Under the pieces are notes generated by a model. It was not told the DNA's origin. It did no database searches and saw only the letters and a program-made list of their open reading frames with translations. Shown in pieces: positions 39,181 through 51,349 of a DNA stretch of 62,440 nucleotides. Location of the stretch: positions 1-62,440 of the forward strand of contig JBBQZM010000001.1 in NCBI GenBank assembly GCA_038207685.1, in the 5' to 3' direction. Every line of letters starts with the position of its first letter. The first letter of the stretch is position 1. The position numbers and the translations under genes are program-made. This DNA comes from Burkholderiales bacterium (GTDB taxonomy: Bacteria > Pseudomonadota > Gammaproteobacteria > Burkholderiales > Burkholderiaceae_C).

Positions 39181-40056
39181 ATGCTCTACCCTGAACTCTT
39201 CAAGCAGCTCGAAGCGGTGCGCTGGAACATGGACACCGACATCCCCTGGGCCCAGTTCGACGCCGTCCAGTTGACCGAAGACCAGGCCCAGACCATCAAG
39301 ATGAACGCCATCACCGAGTGGGCGGCGCTGCCGGCCACCGAGATGTTCTTGCGTGACAACCGCGACGACAGCGATTTCTCGGCCTTCATGAGTGTGTGGT
39401 TCTTCGAGGAGCAGAAACACTCGCTGGTGCTGATGGAATACCTGCGCCGCTTCCGGCCCGATCTGGTGCCCACCGAGGCCGAACTGCACGCGGTGCGCTT
39501 CGAGTTCGATCCGGCGCCGGCGCTGGAAACGCTGATGCTGCACTTCTGCGGCGAGGTGCGGCTCAACCACTGGTACCGCCGCGCCGCCGAGTGGCACACC
39601 GAGCCGGTGATCCGCAAGATCTACGAGACGCTGGCGCGCGACGAGGCCCGCCACGGCGGCGCCTACCTGCGCTACATGAAACGTGCGCTGAACAAGTTTG
39701 GCGACGAAGCCCGCGCCGCCTTCACCAAGGTGGGTGTGTTGATGGCCAGCGCGCGCCGCACCGCCAAGGCGCTGCACCCGACCAACCTGCATGTCAACGA
39801 AGCCTTGTTCCCGCACGACACCATCCAGAGTCGGCTGCCCGATCCGGCCTGGCTGGAGCACTGGCTGGACAGCCAGATCCAGTTCGACAGCGTCTGGGAG
39901 AACAAGGTGGTCGAACGCATCCTGCACAACCTCAGCTTGCTGATGGAGCGCAGCTTCGCCAGCGTGCAGGAGCTCAATCGCTACCGCAAGGAAGTGACTG
40001 CCCGGCTGGCTTTGGCCAAAGCCGGCGCGCCCGCTGCGGGGGCTCAGCCGGCCTGA
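39181..40056 (+). CDS. Ferritin-like diiron protein (acyl-ACP-desaturase-like fold)
   Basis: Diiron ligand pattern AITE...EEQKH...CGE...DEARH; W..DIPW N-terminus. Confidence 0.85.
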   Translation: MLYPELFKQLEAVRWNMDTDIPWAQFDAVQLTEDQAQTIKMNAITEWAALPATEMFLRDNRDDSDFSAFMSVWFFEEQKHSLVLMEYLRRFRPDLVPTEAELHAVRFEFDPAPALETLMLHFCGEVRLNHWYRRAAEWHTEPVIRKIYETLARDEARHGGAYLRYMKRALNKFGDEARAAFTKVGVLMASARRTAKALHPTNLHVNEALFPHDTIQSRLPDPAWLEHWLDSQIQFDSVWENKVVERILHNLSLLMERSFASVQELNRYRKEVTARLALAKAGAPAAGAQPA

Positions 40057-40076
40057 AACCAAGCGCGGCGCCCAGC

Positions 40077-40105
40077 AAAAAGCCGGCCCTGAGGCCGGCT
40101 TTTTT
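40077..40105. terminator. Bidirectional intrinsic terminator
   Basis: AAAAA-GCCGGCC-CTGA-GGCCGGC-TTTTTT between convergent genes. Confidence 0.88.
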
Positions 40106-40125
40106 CGGATCGGGCGGGTTTTCGA

Positions 40126-40797
40126 TCAGGCCGGCTTGGCCGCCGCAGCGGCGGCCGCCATGCGTGCGGCGTCGGCCTTGCGGTCGGCATCCACTTTTTG
40201 CGCATGCGGACGGGCGCCGAGCAGGCCGGCATAGGCCTTCCAGTCAATGCCGGCGGCGGCCAGCAGGTCTTCGCCCAGCACCTTCTTGGTGGCCGAGGCC
40301 ACCAGCGGCAGGCTGACATAGGCGGCGCAGTCGGCGATGGTGAAGCTGTCGCCGGCCACGTAGGGGCTGAACTTGGCCAGGCGCTTGAAGCCGGCGATGT
40401 TCTTGGTCAGCTGGCGGCGCACCTGGTCTTGCACTTCCTGAGACACCGTGCCGCCGAAGAAGGCTTGCACGTACAACTGGCGGGCCACCAGTTCGAGGTG
40501 CAGGTCGATGAAGGTGCACAGCTCTCGCACCTTGGCGGCGGCCATCGGATCGGCCGGGATCAGTGGCACCGCCGGGTAGGCGGCCTCCAGGTAGTCGACC
40601 ATGACCTGGCTTTCGCACAGCGTGCCGCTGTCGGTGCGCAGAAAAGGCACTTTGCCCAGCGGCGTGGCCGACAGCACGGCCTCTTCCTTGGAGCCGGTCA
40701 TCACCAGCGATTCCTCGAAGGGAATGCCTTTTTCCAGCAGGGCCAGCTTGACCTTGTTGTAGTAGTTCGAAACGCTGAAGCCGCAAAGCGTGAGCAT
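40126..40797 (-). CDS. Glutathione S-transferase
   Basis: SNYYNKV..AL.EKG, PLGKVP, ESQV..DYL, FT.AD. Confidence 0.92.
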   Translation of the reverse strand: MLTLCGFSVSNYYNKVKLALLEKGIPFEESLVMTGSKEEAVLSATPLGKVPFLRTDSGTLCESQVMVDYLEAAYPAVPLIPADPMAAAKVRELCTFIDLHLELVARQLYVQAFFGGTVSQEVQDQVRRQLTKNIAGFKRLAKFSPYVAGDSFTIADCAAYVSLPLVASATKKVLGEDLLAAAGIDWKAYAGLLGARPHAQKVDADRKADAARMAAAAAAAKPA

Positions 40798-40887
40798 GGG
40801 AAGTCTCCTGAGGGATGGTGAATGGGCGCAAGTCTAGGTGCGGCCCATGATCACTTGGCTTCGCCCAGGTGACAGCTGAGGACGGGC

Positions 40888-41487
40888 CTAGATTCGGTGC
40901 GCCGCATCACGTGCCGTGCCCACACCGCAGAGCAATGCGCACAACAGGCCGGCCATCGCGCCGCTGCTGTGGGCCAGCGGCGCGATGGCGATGTCCCAGC
41001 CGGGTGGCTGGCGCAGAACGCTTTGCCAGGGCGCCTCGAGCAGCAGCTTGAGCAGCAGGCCGGCGGCCAGCAGCGCGCCGATGACCCGCCGCGCGCCTTG
41101 CCCGCCGCGCAGCAGCTGCCAGGCGGCCACCGCCACGCCGGCATGCAGCACGCCTGACAAGCCGCCATAAGCCCTGAGTTCGGGCTGCAACAACAGGCCG
41201 GCCTGGGTCAGCGGCCAGGCCAGGGTCCAGGCCAACGCGGCGCGTCGGCCGCAACCCGCCGCCCAGCCCAACGCCGCCACCAACGCCGTGCCCAGCAGGT
41301 TGGCGCCCAGATGCAGCGCCGAGAGATGAACCAGTGCGGCGCTGAACAGCCGCCAGGGCTGAGACCAGACCAGCTCGGGTTGCCAGCGCAGCGTCGCGGG
41401 ATCAGCCAACCAGGCGGCCAGCGCGCCGGCGCCGGCCAGGGTGCTCAAGCACAGCCAGGCGGTGGATGACTCAATCGAACACCGCAT
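40888..41487 (-). CDS. Rhombosortase-like rhomboid intramembrane serine protease
   Basis: PWRL.SA..VH....HL..N, Y.GLSG.LH catalytic Ser, AH..G catalytic His; about 6 TM segments. Confidence 0.82.
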   Translation of the reverse strand: MRCSIESSTAWLCLSTLAGAGALAAWLADPATLRWQPELVWSQPWRLFSAALVHLSALHLGANLLGTALVAALGWAAGCGRRAALAWTLAWPLTQAGLLLQPELRAYGGLSGVLHAGVAVAAWQLLRGGQGARRVIGALLAAGLLLKLLLEAPWQSVLRQPPGWDIAIAPLAHSSGAMAGLLCALLCGVGTARDAAHRI

Positions 41488-44233
41488 GCCACAGCGCCAG
41501 CCCGGCGTCGCGCCATGCGACAAAAGGCGCGGGCTCGAATTGCGTGGGCCGCTCGTCGAGCCGCGCACTGTGCTGGGCGCGGCGCAGCTCGCGGTAGGCA
41601 TTGGCTGCTGCCATTCCCACGCCGGCGGGCAGCAGGCCCTGCGCCTCGGCACGCTGCAGCAGCGCGATGTTGCCGGTGTTTTGCACCAGCGGCTCATGCT
41701 GGCCCGCATGCGCCAGCACCAGCCACTGCATCGCGAACTCGATGTCCATCATGCCGCCCGGGCTGTGCTTGACGTCGAACAGCCCCGCTTTCACCGGCCG
41801 TGAGCCGCGCACCTTCTCGCGCATTTCCAGCACCTCATGCTTGAGCGCCTCGGGGTCGCGTGGGGCGGTCAGCACCTGGCGGCGCACTGCCTCGAAGCGC
41901 TGCGCCAGCGCCGGCGTGCCGGCGCAAAAACGGGCCCGCGACAAGGCCTGGTGTTCCCAGGTCCAGGCGGTGTTGCCGCCGCGCCCTACCTGGTAGCGCT
42001 CGAAGCTGCTGATCGAGGTCACCAGCAGGCCGGAGTTGCCGTTGGGCCGCAGCGCGGTGTCGATGTCGAACAATTCGCCGGCGCCGGTGCGCAGCGTCAG
42101 CCAGGTGATCAGTTTGCGCACGAAGTGGCCGTAGGCCTCCTGGGCGCGGTCAGGGTCAGGCTCGTCGGCATCGTCGTAGAGGAAGACCACATCCAGGTCG
42201 CTGCCATAGCCCAGCTCCTTGCCGCCCAGCTTGCCGTAGGCAATGACCGCAAAGTTCGGTGTCTCTCGATGGTGCTGGCGTAGCCGCGGCCAGGCCCAGC
42301 GCATGGTGCAGTCCAGCGTGGCATCGGCCAGCGCCGTCAGGTCGTCGGCCACATGCTCGACGGTGAGCAGGCCCTCGACATCGCGCACCAGGGTGCGGAA
42401 CAGCTCGGCATGGTGGGCATGGCGCAAGGTGTCGAGCAGGGCTTCCTCGTCGTCCTCACCGGCGCGTTGCCACGCGTCATGGCGGTCATCGAGGTTGGCG
42501 ATGTAGTCGGCCGCCACAAAGCGCTCGTTGAGTAAGCGCGGATCGGCAAGTTCGTCGATCACGCCGGGGTGGCGCATCAGGTATTGCATCGGCCAGCGCG
42601 CCAGGCCCAGCAGGCGCAGCAGCCGGCGCAGCACCTCGGGCCGCTCGGCCAGCAGCGCGATGTAGCTGTCGCGGCGCAGCAGCGGTTCCAGCCAGTCGAT
42701 GAAGCGCAGGGCGGCGGTTTCGTTGCACTCATCGGCGGCGATGCAGCCGGCGGTGCGCTGCAGCAGCTTGCCCAGCCGCAGCTTGGCCTCTTCGCGCAGC
42801 GCCTGCACCCGTGGATGATCGCGCCACTGCCGCAACCGGGCGCCCAACTGCTCGGGCATCAAGTCCAGCAGCGCATCGTTGTCGACCGACAACGCCGGCC
42901 CGCCGGCACAGCCGCGGCCGCGGCAGCCATTGCGCGTGGTCTTGGCCGACGGATCCTCTCCGTCGTGCAACAAGGCGTCGAACTCGTTGGCCACCAGTTC
43001 GCGGATTTCGCCAAGGCGCTCGAGCAGTGCGCAGGCCCCCGGCCGGCTGGCTGTCAGGCCCATCGACGCGGCGATCCAGGCCAGGTCGGCATCCTGGGTG
43101 GGCAGCAAATGGGTTTGCTGGTCGTCCAGGTACTGGATGCGATGCTCGACCTGGCGCAGGAAGACATAAGCCTCGCCCAGCTTCAGCGCCGTCTCGGGCT
43201 TCATGAGGCCGTGCGCGGCGAGCTTGTCCAGGCTCTTCATCGTCGAACGGGTGCGGATCTCGGGAAACTGCCCACCACGCACCACCAGCAGCAACTGCAC
43301 GATGAACTCGATCTCGCGGATGCCGCCGCGCGAGAGCTTCACATCATTCGCCCGCTCGGGACGGCCGGCGGCGCGGCGCTGGGCTTCCTCGCGGATCTTG
43401 CGGTGCAGCTGGCGCAGGCCCTCGAAGATGCCGTAATCCAGGTAGCGCCGGTAGACAAAGGCCGTGACCAGCGCGCGCAGCGGCAGCGCCCGGCCCGATG
43501 CCACCGCTGCGTGAGGCGCCACCACCCGGCTCTTGAGCCAGGCGAAGCGCTCCCACTCACGGCCCTGCACCAGGAAATACTCCTCCAGCATGCCCATGCT
43601 GACCACTGGCGGGCCCGAGTTGCCGTTGGGCCGCAGCGCCAGGTCGACGCGGAAGACAAAGCCGTCGTCGGTGGTGTCGCCGATCAAGGCATACAGGCGC
43701 CTGGCGACGCGGCTGAAGTACTCGTGGGCGCTCACCGGCGGCTCGCTGGCGGTCTGGCCCTCGTCCTCGTAGACATAGATCAGGTCGATGTCGGACGAGA
43801 CGTTGAGCTCATGGGCGCCGAGCTTGCCCATGCCGACGATCCAGAAATCGATGTCGCGGCCATCCGCCGTCAATGGCGGGCCGCAACGCGCGTCTTCCCC
43901 GGTGCGGGCGGCGGCCAGCGCGATTTCCAGCGTGGCCTCGGCCAGCGCGGTCATCGCGCGGGTGATCTGCACCATCGGCACCGCCTGTTCGATGTCGAGC
44001 ACCGCCAGGCGTTCAAGCACCAGTTGCCGCGTCACCCGCAGCGCTTCCTGCAAGGGCCGGCCAGCGGCCAGCAGGCCGTTCACCGTGGCGGTGATGACGG
44101 CTACCTCGGGCAGGCCGGGCGGCAGCAGCGGCAACTCGGCGGCATAACGCCGGCGGATGCGCTGCACGAAGCGGCTGTGGTCGGCGCACGCGGCGGCGCC
44201 GGCGTTGGCGGCTGACGGAAGTTCTGAACCCAT
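41471..44233 (-). CDS. glnE: Bifunctional glutamine synthetase adenylyltransferase/removase GlnE
   Basis: GMGKLG..ELN.SSDIDL, GR.WER.A, K..RGGIREIEF, second GKLGG.ELGYGSDLD and GG..DIEF. Confidence 0.96.
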   Translation of the reverse strand: MGSELPSAANAGAAACADHSRFVQRIRRRYAAELPLLPPGLPEVAVITATVNGLLAAGRPLQEALRVTRQLVLERLAVLDIEQAVPMVQITRAMTALAEATLEIALAAARTGEDARCGPPLTADGRDIDFWIVGMGKLGAHELNVSSDIDLIYVYEDEGQTASEPPVSAHEYFSRVARRLYALIGDTTDDGFVFRVDLALRPNGNSGPPVVSMGMLEEYFLVQGREWERFAWLKSRVVAPHAAVASGRALPLRALVTAFVYRRYLDYGIFEGLRQLHRKIREEAQRRAAGRPERANDVKLSRGGIREIEFIVQLLLVVRGGQFPEIRTRSTMKSLDKLAAHGLMKPETALKLGEAYVFLRQVEHRIQYLDDQQTHLLPTQDADLAWIAASMGLTASRPGACALLERLGEIRELVANEFDALLHDGEDPSAKTTRNGCRGRGCAGGPALSVDNDALLDLMPEQLGARLRQWRDHPRVQALREEAKLRLGKLLQRTAGCIAADECNETAALRFIDWLEPLLRRDSYIALLAERPEVLRRLLRLLGLARWPMQYLMRHPGVIDELADPRLLNERFVAADYIANLDDRHDAWQRAGEDDEEALLDTLRHAHHAELFRTLVRDVEGLLTVEHVADDLTALADATLDCTMRWAWPRLRQHHRETPNFAVIAYGKLGGKELGYGSDLDVVFLYDDADEPDPDRAQEAYGHFVRKLITWLTLRTGAGELFDIDTALRPNGNSGLLVTSISSFERYQVGRGGNTAWTWEHQALSRARFCAGTPALAQRFEAVRRQVLTAPRDPEALKHEVLEMREKVRGSRPVKAGLFDVKHSPGGMMDIEFAMQWLVLAHAGQHEPLVQNTGNIALLQRAEAQGLLPAGVGMAAANAYRELRRAQHSARLDERPTQFEPAPFVAWRDAGLALWHAVFD

Positions 44234-44357
44234 GGCTGGTCGCAGGCTCTGTGCTAGATTGATCCGCAGCCTGGGCCGCCGCTTCTGCGGCACGCCCTGC
44301 CGCCAGGCCAGCACGGGGGGTGGTTCATCGCTGCGCGCGGGTTTTCGCTCCTCATCC

Positions 44358-47300
44358 ATGCCTCTCTCTTCGTTGTTCGCTGCGCTGCGTTTTCCGGCCG
44401 ATGGCTCGTTGCGCACTTCCTGGCGCCTGCTGTGGCGCTGGATCTGGCGTCTGTCGTTCAGCCTGCTGCTGGTGGCTTGTAGCCTCGCGCTGCTGGCCTG
44501 GTTATCTCTCCACTGGTTGATTCTGCCCCGTCTGGACGATTGGCGCCCGCAGCTCGAAGCGCAGGCCAGCCGCGCACTCGGACATCCGGTGCAGATCGGC
44601 CGCATCGAGGTGCAGAGTTCGGGCTGGGTGCCGGCTTTCACGCTGCACGATGTGTTGGTGGTCGATGCCCAGGGCCGCGACGCGCTGCGCCTGCCCAAGG
44701 TATCGGCGGCGCTGTCGGTGCCGTCGGCGCTGGCGCTGCGGCTGCGCTTCGCCCAGTTGCTGATCGAGGATGCACGGCTGGAGGTGCGGCGTGACGTGCG
44801 CGGCCGTTGGTCGGTGGGCGGCCTCGACATGGACAGCGCCGGGCCGGCGCTGGAAGGCAACGACGCCGCCGACTGGTTCTTCGAGCAACACGAATTCCTG
44901 ATCCGCGGCGGCACGCTGCGCTGGGTGGACGAGTTGCGCGCCGCGCCGCCTTTGCAGCTGGGCGATGTGCAGCTGCTGGTGCGCAACCAGGGCCGCCGCC
45001 ATGAGCTGCGGCTGGACGCCACGCCGCCGGCCGATTGGGGCCAGCGCTTTTCCATCGTCGCCCAGGCGCGTGGCACGCTGCTGGCCCGCGCGGGCGATTG
45101 GTCGCGGTGGAAGGGCACGCTGTATGCCCACCTGCCGCGCGCCGATGTGTCGCAGCTGCGCCGCCATGTCGATCTGCCGGTCGATTTGCGGCAGGGCGAG
45201 GCGGCGCTGCGCGCCTGGGTCGACTGGGACCAGGGCCAACCGATCGCCTTGACGCTGGACGCCGCGCTGCGCGATGTCTCGGTTCGGCTGGCCAGCGATC
45301 TGGCGCCGGTGGCGCTGGCTGAGCTGGGCGGCCGCTTCGTCGCCGAGCGCCAGAGCGGTGGCGGCCGGCTGGCGGTGAAGGGCCTGCACTTCCGCACCGC
45401 CGATGGCCAGGCCTGGGCGCCCAGCCAGTTGGCCTTGAACTGGCGCCAGGCGGCCCTGCCCGCGGTGGCCACCGCGGCGTCGATGACGCCGCCGGCCGTG
45501 ACCGGCGGTGACATCAGCGCCGACCGGTTGGACCTGGCGCTGATGGCCGACCTGGGCGAGCGGCTGCCGATCGGCGCCGGCCTGCGCCGGCTGCTGCAGC
45601 AGCTTGAACCCGAGGGCTCGGTGCAGGCCTTGAAGGCGCGCTGGGACGGCCCGCTCGATGCGCCCAGCAGTTATGCGGCCCAGGCCAGCATCAAGGGCAT
45701 GGCGATCAGCGCAGCGCCGGCGCCCGGCAGCGGCGGCGTTGGCCGGCCGGGCTGGCGCGGCGCCGACCTGCAGGTCAGCGCCACCGAGCGTGGCGGCCAG
45801 GCCGAATTGGCGCTGACCAACGGCGCGCTGGATCTGCCCGGCGTGTTCGAGCAATCGGTGGTGCCGCTGAACAACTTCCAAGCCCAGTTGCGCTGGTCGA
45901 TCGAGCCGGCGCATGCCCTGAGCGCACTGCCGCGGGTGGAACTGAAGTTGAACAACGTGCGCTTTGACAATGCCGACGCGCGTGGCGGCTTCAACGCCAG
46001 CTGGCATACCGGCGCCGGCAGCGGCTTCGGCAAGGGCGGCCGCCTGCCCGGCGTGCTGGCGCTTGAGGGTCAGATCAGTGAAGCCCGCGCCTTGGCGGTG
46101 GCGCGCTACCTGCCGTTGGGCATAGGCGAGGCCACGCGCCACTGGGTGCAGCGCGCGGTGCAGGGCGGCGAACTGCGCCAGGTGAGTTACCGCGTCAAGG
46201 GCGACCTCTACGACTTTCCCTTCATCAACCGCAGCGACGGTGATTTCCGCATCGCCGGCAAGGTGGTGGATGCGACGCTGGCGACGGTGCCCTCGGTGCC
46301 AGCCGGCCAGCGTGAACCAGCCTGGGAGTCACCCTGGCCGGCGTTCAGCGCGGTCAGTGGCGATCTGCTGTTCGAGCGCAATGCGATGCGTTTTCAGCAG
46401 GCCCGCGGTCGGCTCTGGGGCGTGGAGTTGAGTGAGGTGCAGGGCCGCATCCGTGCGTTGTCCGCGCAATCGGTGCTGGAAGTGGAGGGCCAGGCGCGTG
46501 GCCCGGCGGCCGATCTGCTGCGCTACCTGCGCAGCACGCCGCTGGCCGGCTGGACCGGCCACGCGCTGGACAAGGCCAGCGCCAGCGGCGCGATGGATCT
46601 GCGGCTGGCGCTGACCATCCCGCTAGCCCATCCTGAGCAGACCGCGCTCAAGGCCGGCCTGCAACTGCTGGGCAGCGACGTGCGGCTGCGGCCTGATCTG
46701 CCGCTGCTGGCCGGCGCGCGCGGCCGCATCGAGGTCGGCACCCAGTCGATCCAGCTGGTCGGCGTGCGCGCCCAAATGCTGGGCGGTGAGACGCTGATCG
46801 ACGGCGGCAGCCAGGCCGACGGCGGCCTGCGCTTTGTGCTCAACGGCAACGCCAGCGCCGACGGCCTGCGCCGCTTTACCGAACCTGGCGCCCTGGCCAA
46901 ACTGGCGCAGCGGCTGCAAGGCCAGACCGCCTACCGGCTGCACCTGGGGCTGCCGCCCGGTGGCGCGCTCGACTGGCAGCTGAGCAGCAACCTGCAAGGC
47001 CTGGCGATCAACCTGCCAGCGCCACTGGCCAAGCCGGCCGAGGCCCAGCTGCCGCTGCGGCTGCTCAGCACGCCTGACAGCGCTGCTGCCAGCGGCCGGC
47101 CGGCTCGGGAGCAGTTGCGCCTGGAACTGGGCGCGCTGAAAGCTGCGGCCCTGGTGGAATCAGCTGACGGCGGGCTGCGGCCGCTGCGCAGCGCACTGGC
47201 CTGGGATGCGCCGCTGCCCGAGCCGGTGGCCGGCGGCCGCGCGGTGCTGTCCCTGCCGCGGCTGGATGTGGATGCCTGGCGCCATCTGCTGGCGTCCGAT

Positions 47301-48527
47301 GTCGGCCCGGGCCCCGCGGCGGCCGACCCTGCCGACAACCCCTGGCTGCCACGCAGCATCCAGCTGCTGACGCCCGAGCTGCTGGCCGACGGCCGGCGGC
47401 TCAGCGGTGTCACGCTGGCGCTGCAGCGCCTGTCAGGCGCTGGCGAGGCCGGCTGGCGGGCCCAGGTGCAGGCTGATCAGACCGCCGGCAGCGTGGACTA
47501 CCGCGAGCCGCAGGCCGGCGCTGGCGCCGGCCGCATCCAGGCCCGGCTGTCGCGGCTGTCGTTGCCGCCGGCCGAGGCACAGACGGTGGCTGAATCGATG
47601 GCCGGGCTGCTCGACAGCGCACCGGCCAGCGTGCCGGCGCTGGACATCGAGATCGAAGACTTCGAGCTGCGTGGCCGCAAGCTGGGTCGGCTGGCGGTGG
47701 AAGCGGTCAATCGGCCGCTGATCGGCGAAATCGGCGCACGCGCCGAGTGGCGCTTGAACAAGCTGCAACTGGGCAATGCCGACGCGCGGCTGCAGGCCAG
47801 TGGCCGCTGGCGCTCAGCAGGTGCGGCAGCGCGGCGCATGCAGCTTGATTTCAAGCTCGATGTCGATGACGGCGGCGCGTTGCTGCAGCGCCTGGGTTTT
47901 GGCAAGGTGGTGCGCGGCGCCCAGGGCAGGATCACCGGCAGCTTGGACTGGTCGGGTTCGCCGCTGGAACTCGATCTGCCCTCGCTGGGCGGGCAACTGA
48001 CGTTGGCGTTGGAGCGCGGGCAGTTCCTCAAGGTCGATCCCGGGGCGGCGCGGCTGCTGGGCGTGCTGAGCCTGCAGGCCTTGCCGCGCCGCCTGCTGCT
48101 GGACTTCCGCGACGTGTTCCAGGAAGGCTTTGCCTTCGACAAGCTCAGCGGTGACGTGCAGATTGGCGCCGGCGTGGCGCACACCGAGAACCTGCGGATC
48201 AGTGGCCTGCAGGCGCTGGTGTTGATGGCCGGCAGCGCCGACATCGGCCGCGAGACGCAGGATCTGCAGGTGGTGGTGCTGCCCGAGCTCAACACCGGCA
48301 GCGCATCGCTGGCCTATGCGGCGATCAACCCGGCGATTGGGCTGGGCGCCTTCCTTGGCCAATGGCTGCTGCGCGAGCCCTTGCGCATGGCCAGCGCGCG
48401 CGAGTTTCATGTCAGCGGCCGCTGGGACGATCCCAAGGTGGAGCGCGTTGAACGCAAACTGCTGGAGCCTCTGCCGGCCGCTGCCGCCGAGGCGCCACCG
48501 GCTGCCGCGCCCATCCCCCGGCCTTGA
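44358..48527 (+). CDS. yhdP: YhdP AsmA-like phospholipid bridge protein
   Basis: N-terminal TM, about 1,390-aa beta-rich body, C-terminal LLG.LSLQ.LPRRL.LDF.D.F..GF.FD and G.W.DP; between glnE and nitrilase. Confidence 0.92.
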   Translation: MPLSSLFAALRFPADGSLRTSWRLLWRWIWRLSFSLLLVACSLALLAWLSLHWLILPRLDDWRPQLEAQASRALGHPVQIGRIEVQSSGWVPAFTLHDVLVVDAQGRDALRLPKVSAALSVPSALALRLRFAQLLIEDARLEVRRDVRGRWSVGGLDMDSAGPALEGNDAADWFFEQHEFLIRGGTLRWVDELRAAPPLQLGDVQLLVRNQGRRHELRLDATPPADWGQRFSIVAQARGTLLARAGDWSRWKGTLYAHLPRADVSQLRRHVDLPVDLRQGEAALRAWVDWDQGQPIALTLDAALRDVSVRLASDLAPVALAELGGRFVAERQSGGGRLAVKGLHFRTADGQAWAPSQLALNWRQAALPAVATAASMTPPAVTGGDISADRLDLALMADLGERLPIGAGLRRLLQQLEPEGSVQALKARWDGPLDAPSSYAAQASIKGMAISAAPAPGSGGVGRPGWRGADLQVSATERGGQAELALTNGALDLPGVFEQSVVPLNNFQAQLRWSIEPAHALSALPRVELKLNNVRFDNADARGGFNASWHTGAGSGFGKGGRLPGVLALEGQISEARALAVARYLPLGIGEATRHWVQRAVQGGELRQVSYRVKGDLYDFPFINRSDGDFRIAGKVVDATLATVPSVPAGQREPAWESPWPAFSAVSGDLLFERNAMRFQQARGRLWGVELSEVQGRIRALSAQSVLEVEGQARGPAADLLRYLRSTPLAGWTGHALDKASASGAMDLRLALTIPLAHPEQTALKAGLQLLGSDVRLRPDLPLLAGARGRIEVGTQSIQLVGVRAQMLGGETLIDGGSQADGGLRFVLNGNASADGLRRFTEPGALAKLAQRLQGQTAYRLHLGLPPGGALDWQLSSNLQGLAINLPAPLAKPAEAQLPLRLLSTPDSAAASGRPAREQLRLELGALKAAALVESADGGLRPLRSALAWDAPLPEPVAGGRAVLSLPRLDVDAWRHLLASDVGPGPAAADPADNPWLPRSIQLLTPELLADGRRLSGVTLALQRLSGAGEAGWRAQVQADQTAGSVDYREPQAGAGAGRIQARLSRLSLPPAEAQTVAESMAGLLDSAPASVPALDIEIEDFELRGRKLGRLAVEAVNRPLIGEIGARAEWRLNKLQLGNADARLQASGRWRSAGAAARRMQLDFKLDVDDGGALLQRLGFGKVVRGAQGRITGSLDWSGSPLELDLPSLGGQLTLALERGQFLKVDPGAARLLGVLSLQALPRRLLLDFRDVFQEGFAFDKLSGDVQIGAGVAHTENLRISGLQALVLMAGSADIGRETQDLQVVVLPELNTGSASLAYAAINPAIGLGAFLGQWLLREPLRMASAREFHVSGRWDDPKVERVERKLLEPLPAAAAEAPPAAAPIPRP

Positions 48528-48540
48528 AAGCGAGTTGACC

Positions 48541-49362
48541 ATGACCGACACGATGAAGATCGCCGCGCTGCAAATGGTGGCCACGCCCGATGTGGCGCGC
48601 AACCTGGCAGCGGCGCGCCGGCTGATGGCACAGGCCGCGGCGGCTGGCGCGCGGCTGGTGGCCTTGCCCGAGTACTTCTGCCTGATGGGCCGCCAGGACC
48701 GCGACAAGCTGGCCATCGCCGAGGCCGACGGTGACGGCCCGATCCAGGCCAGCCTGGCTGCGGCGGCGGCTGAGCTGGGCCTGTGGGTGATTGGCGGCAC
48801 GTTGCCACTGCGCACCGACGACCCCGAGCGTGTGCACAACAGCTGCCTGGTCTGGGGCCCCGACGGCCAGCGCGTGGCGCGCTACGACAAGATTCACTTG
48901 TTTGCCTACGACAACGGCCGCGAGCGTTACGACGAAGGCCGGGTGTTGCGCGCCGGCGCCGAGCCGGTGAGCTTTGATGCCGAGGGCTGGCGCGTGGGCT
49001 TGTCGATCTGCTACGACCTGCGTTTTCCCGAGATGTACCGGCGATTGATGCAGGCGCCGATGGGGCCCTGCGACCTGATCGTCGTGCCCTCGGCCTTCAC
49101 CTATACCACCGGCGCTGCCCACTGGGAACTGCTGCTGCGCGTTCGCGCGGTGGAGAACCAGTGTTATGTGCTGGCGCCGGCGCAGGGCGGTCAACATGAG
49201 AACGGCCGCCGCACCTGGGGCCACAGCCTGCTGGCCGACCCCTGGGGCGAACTGCTGGCCTGTCAGCCTGAGGGCGAGGCGGTGGTGGCCGGTGAGTTGA
49301 GTCGCGAGCGATTGGCCAGCGTGCGCCAGCAGTTGCCGGCGCTGGCGCACCGGCGGCTGTGA
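48541..49362 (+). CDS. Carbon-nitrogen hydrolase (Nit1/deaminated-glutathione amidase-like)
   Basis: LPEYF, YDKIHLF, ICYDLRFPE catalytic triad, R.TWGHS. Confidence 0.93.
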   Translation: MTDTMKIAALQMVATPDVARNLAAARRLMAQAAAAGARLVALPEYFCLMGRQDRDKLAIAEADGDGPIQASLAAAAAELGLWVIGGTLPLRTDDPERVHNSCLVWGPDGQRVARYDKIHLFAYDNGRERYDEGRVLRAGAEPVSFDAEGWRVGLSICYDLRFPEMYRRLMQAPMGPCDLIVVPSAFTYTTGAAHWELLLRVRAVENQCYVLAPAQGGQHENGRRTWGHSLLADPWGELLACQPEGEAVVAGELSRERLASVRQQLPALAHRRL

Positions 49363-49487
49363 GCGGCTGACGCAATTGCAGCCCAGCGCCGGCAGATCGG
49401 CGCGGCGCGGCAGGTTGGCGCCTCGGCCCGTGCCACGGCAAGGCAAAGATCCGATCGAGCGCAGCGCTCAAATCCCTGACAGCCTGA

Positions 49488-51233
<1,746 letters not shown>

Positions 51234-51349
51234 CCTGACCTGACCGGCCGCGCCGCGGCATGGGCAGGCCGCTGGCCGAGATCGGCGCGCGGCGGCCCCT
51301 CGCCTGGGGGGAGGGTGGACGCGATCTTCTGCGTCACACTGGGCCGGTC

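Noticed and set aside
44234-45514. 427-aa N-terminal extension of glnE in the ORF track
   Set aside because: Overlaps yhdP on the other strand; GlnE-like sequence begins only after ATG 44233
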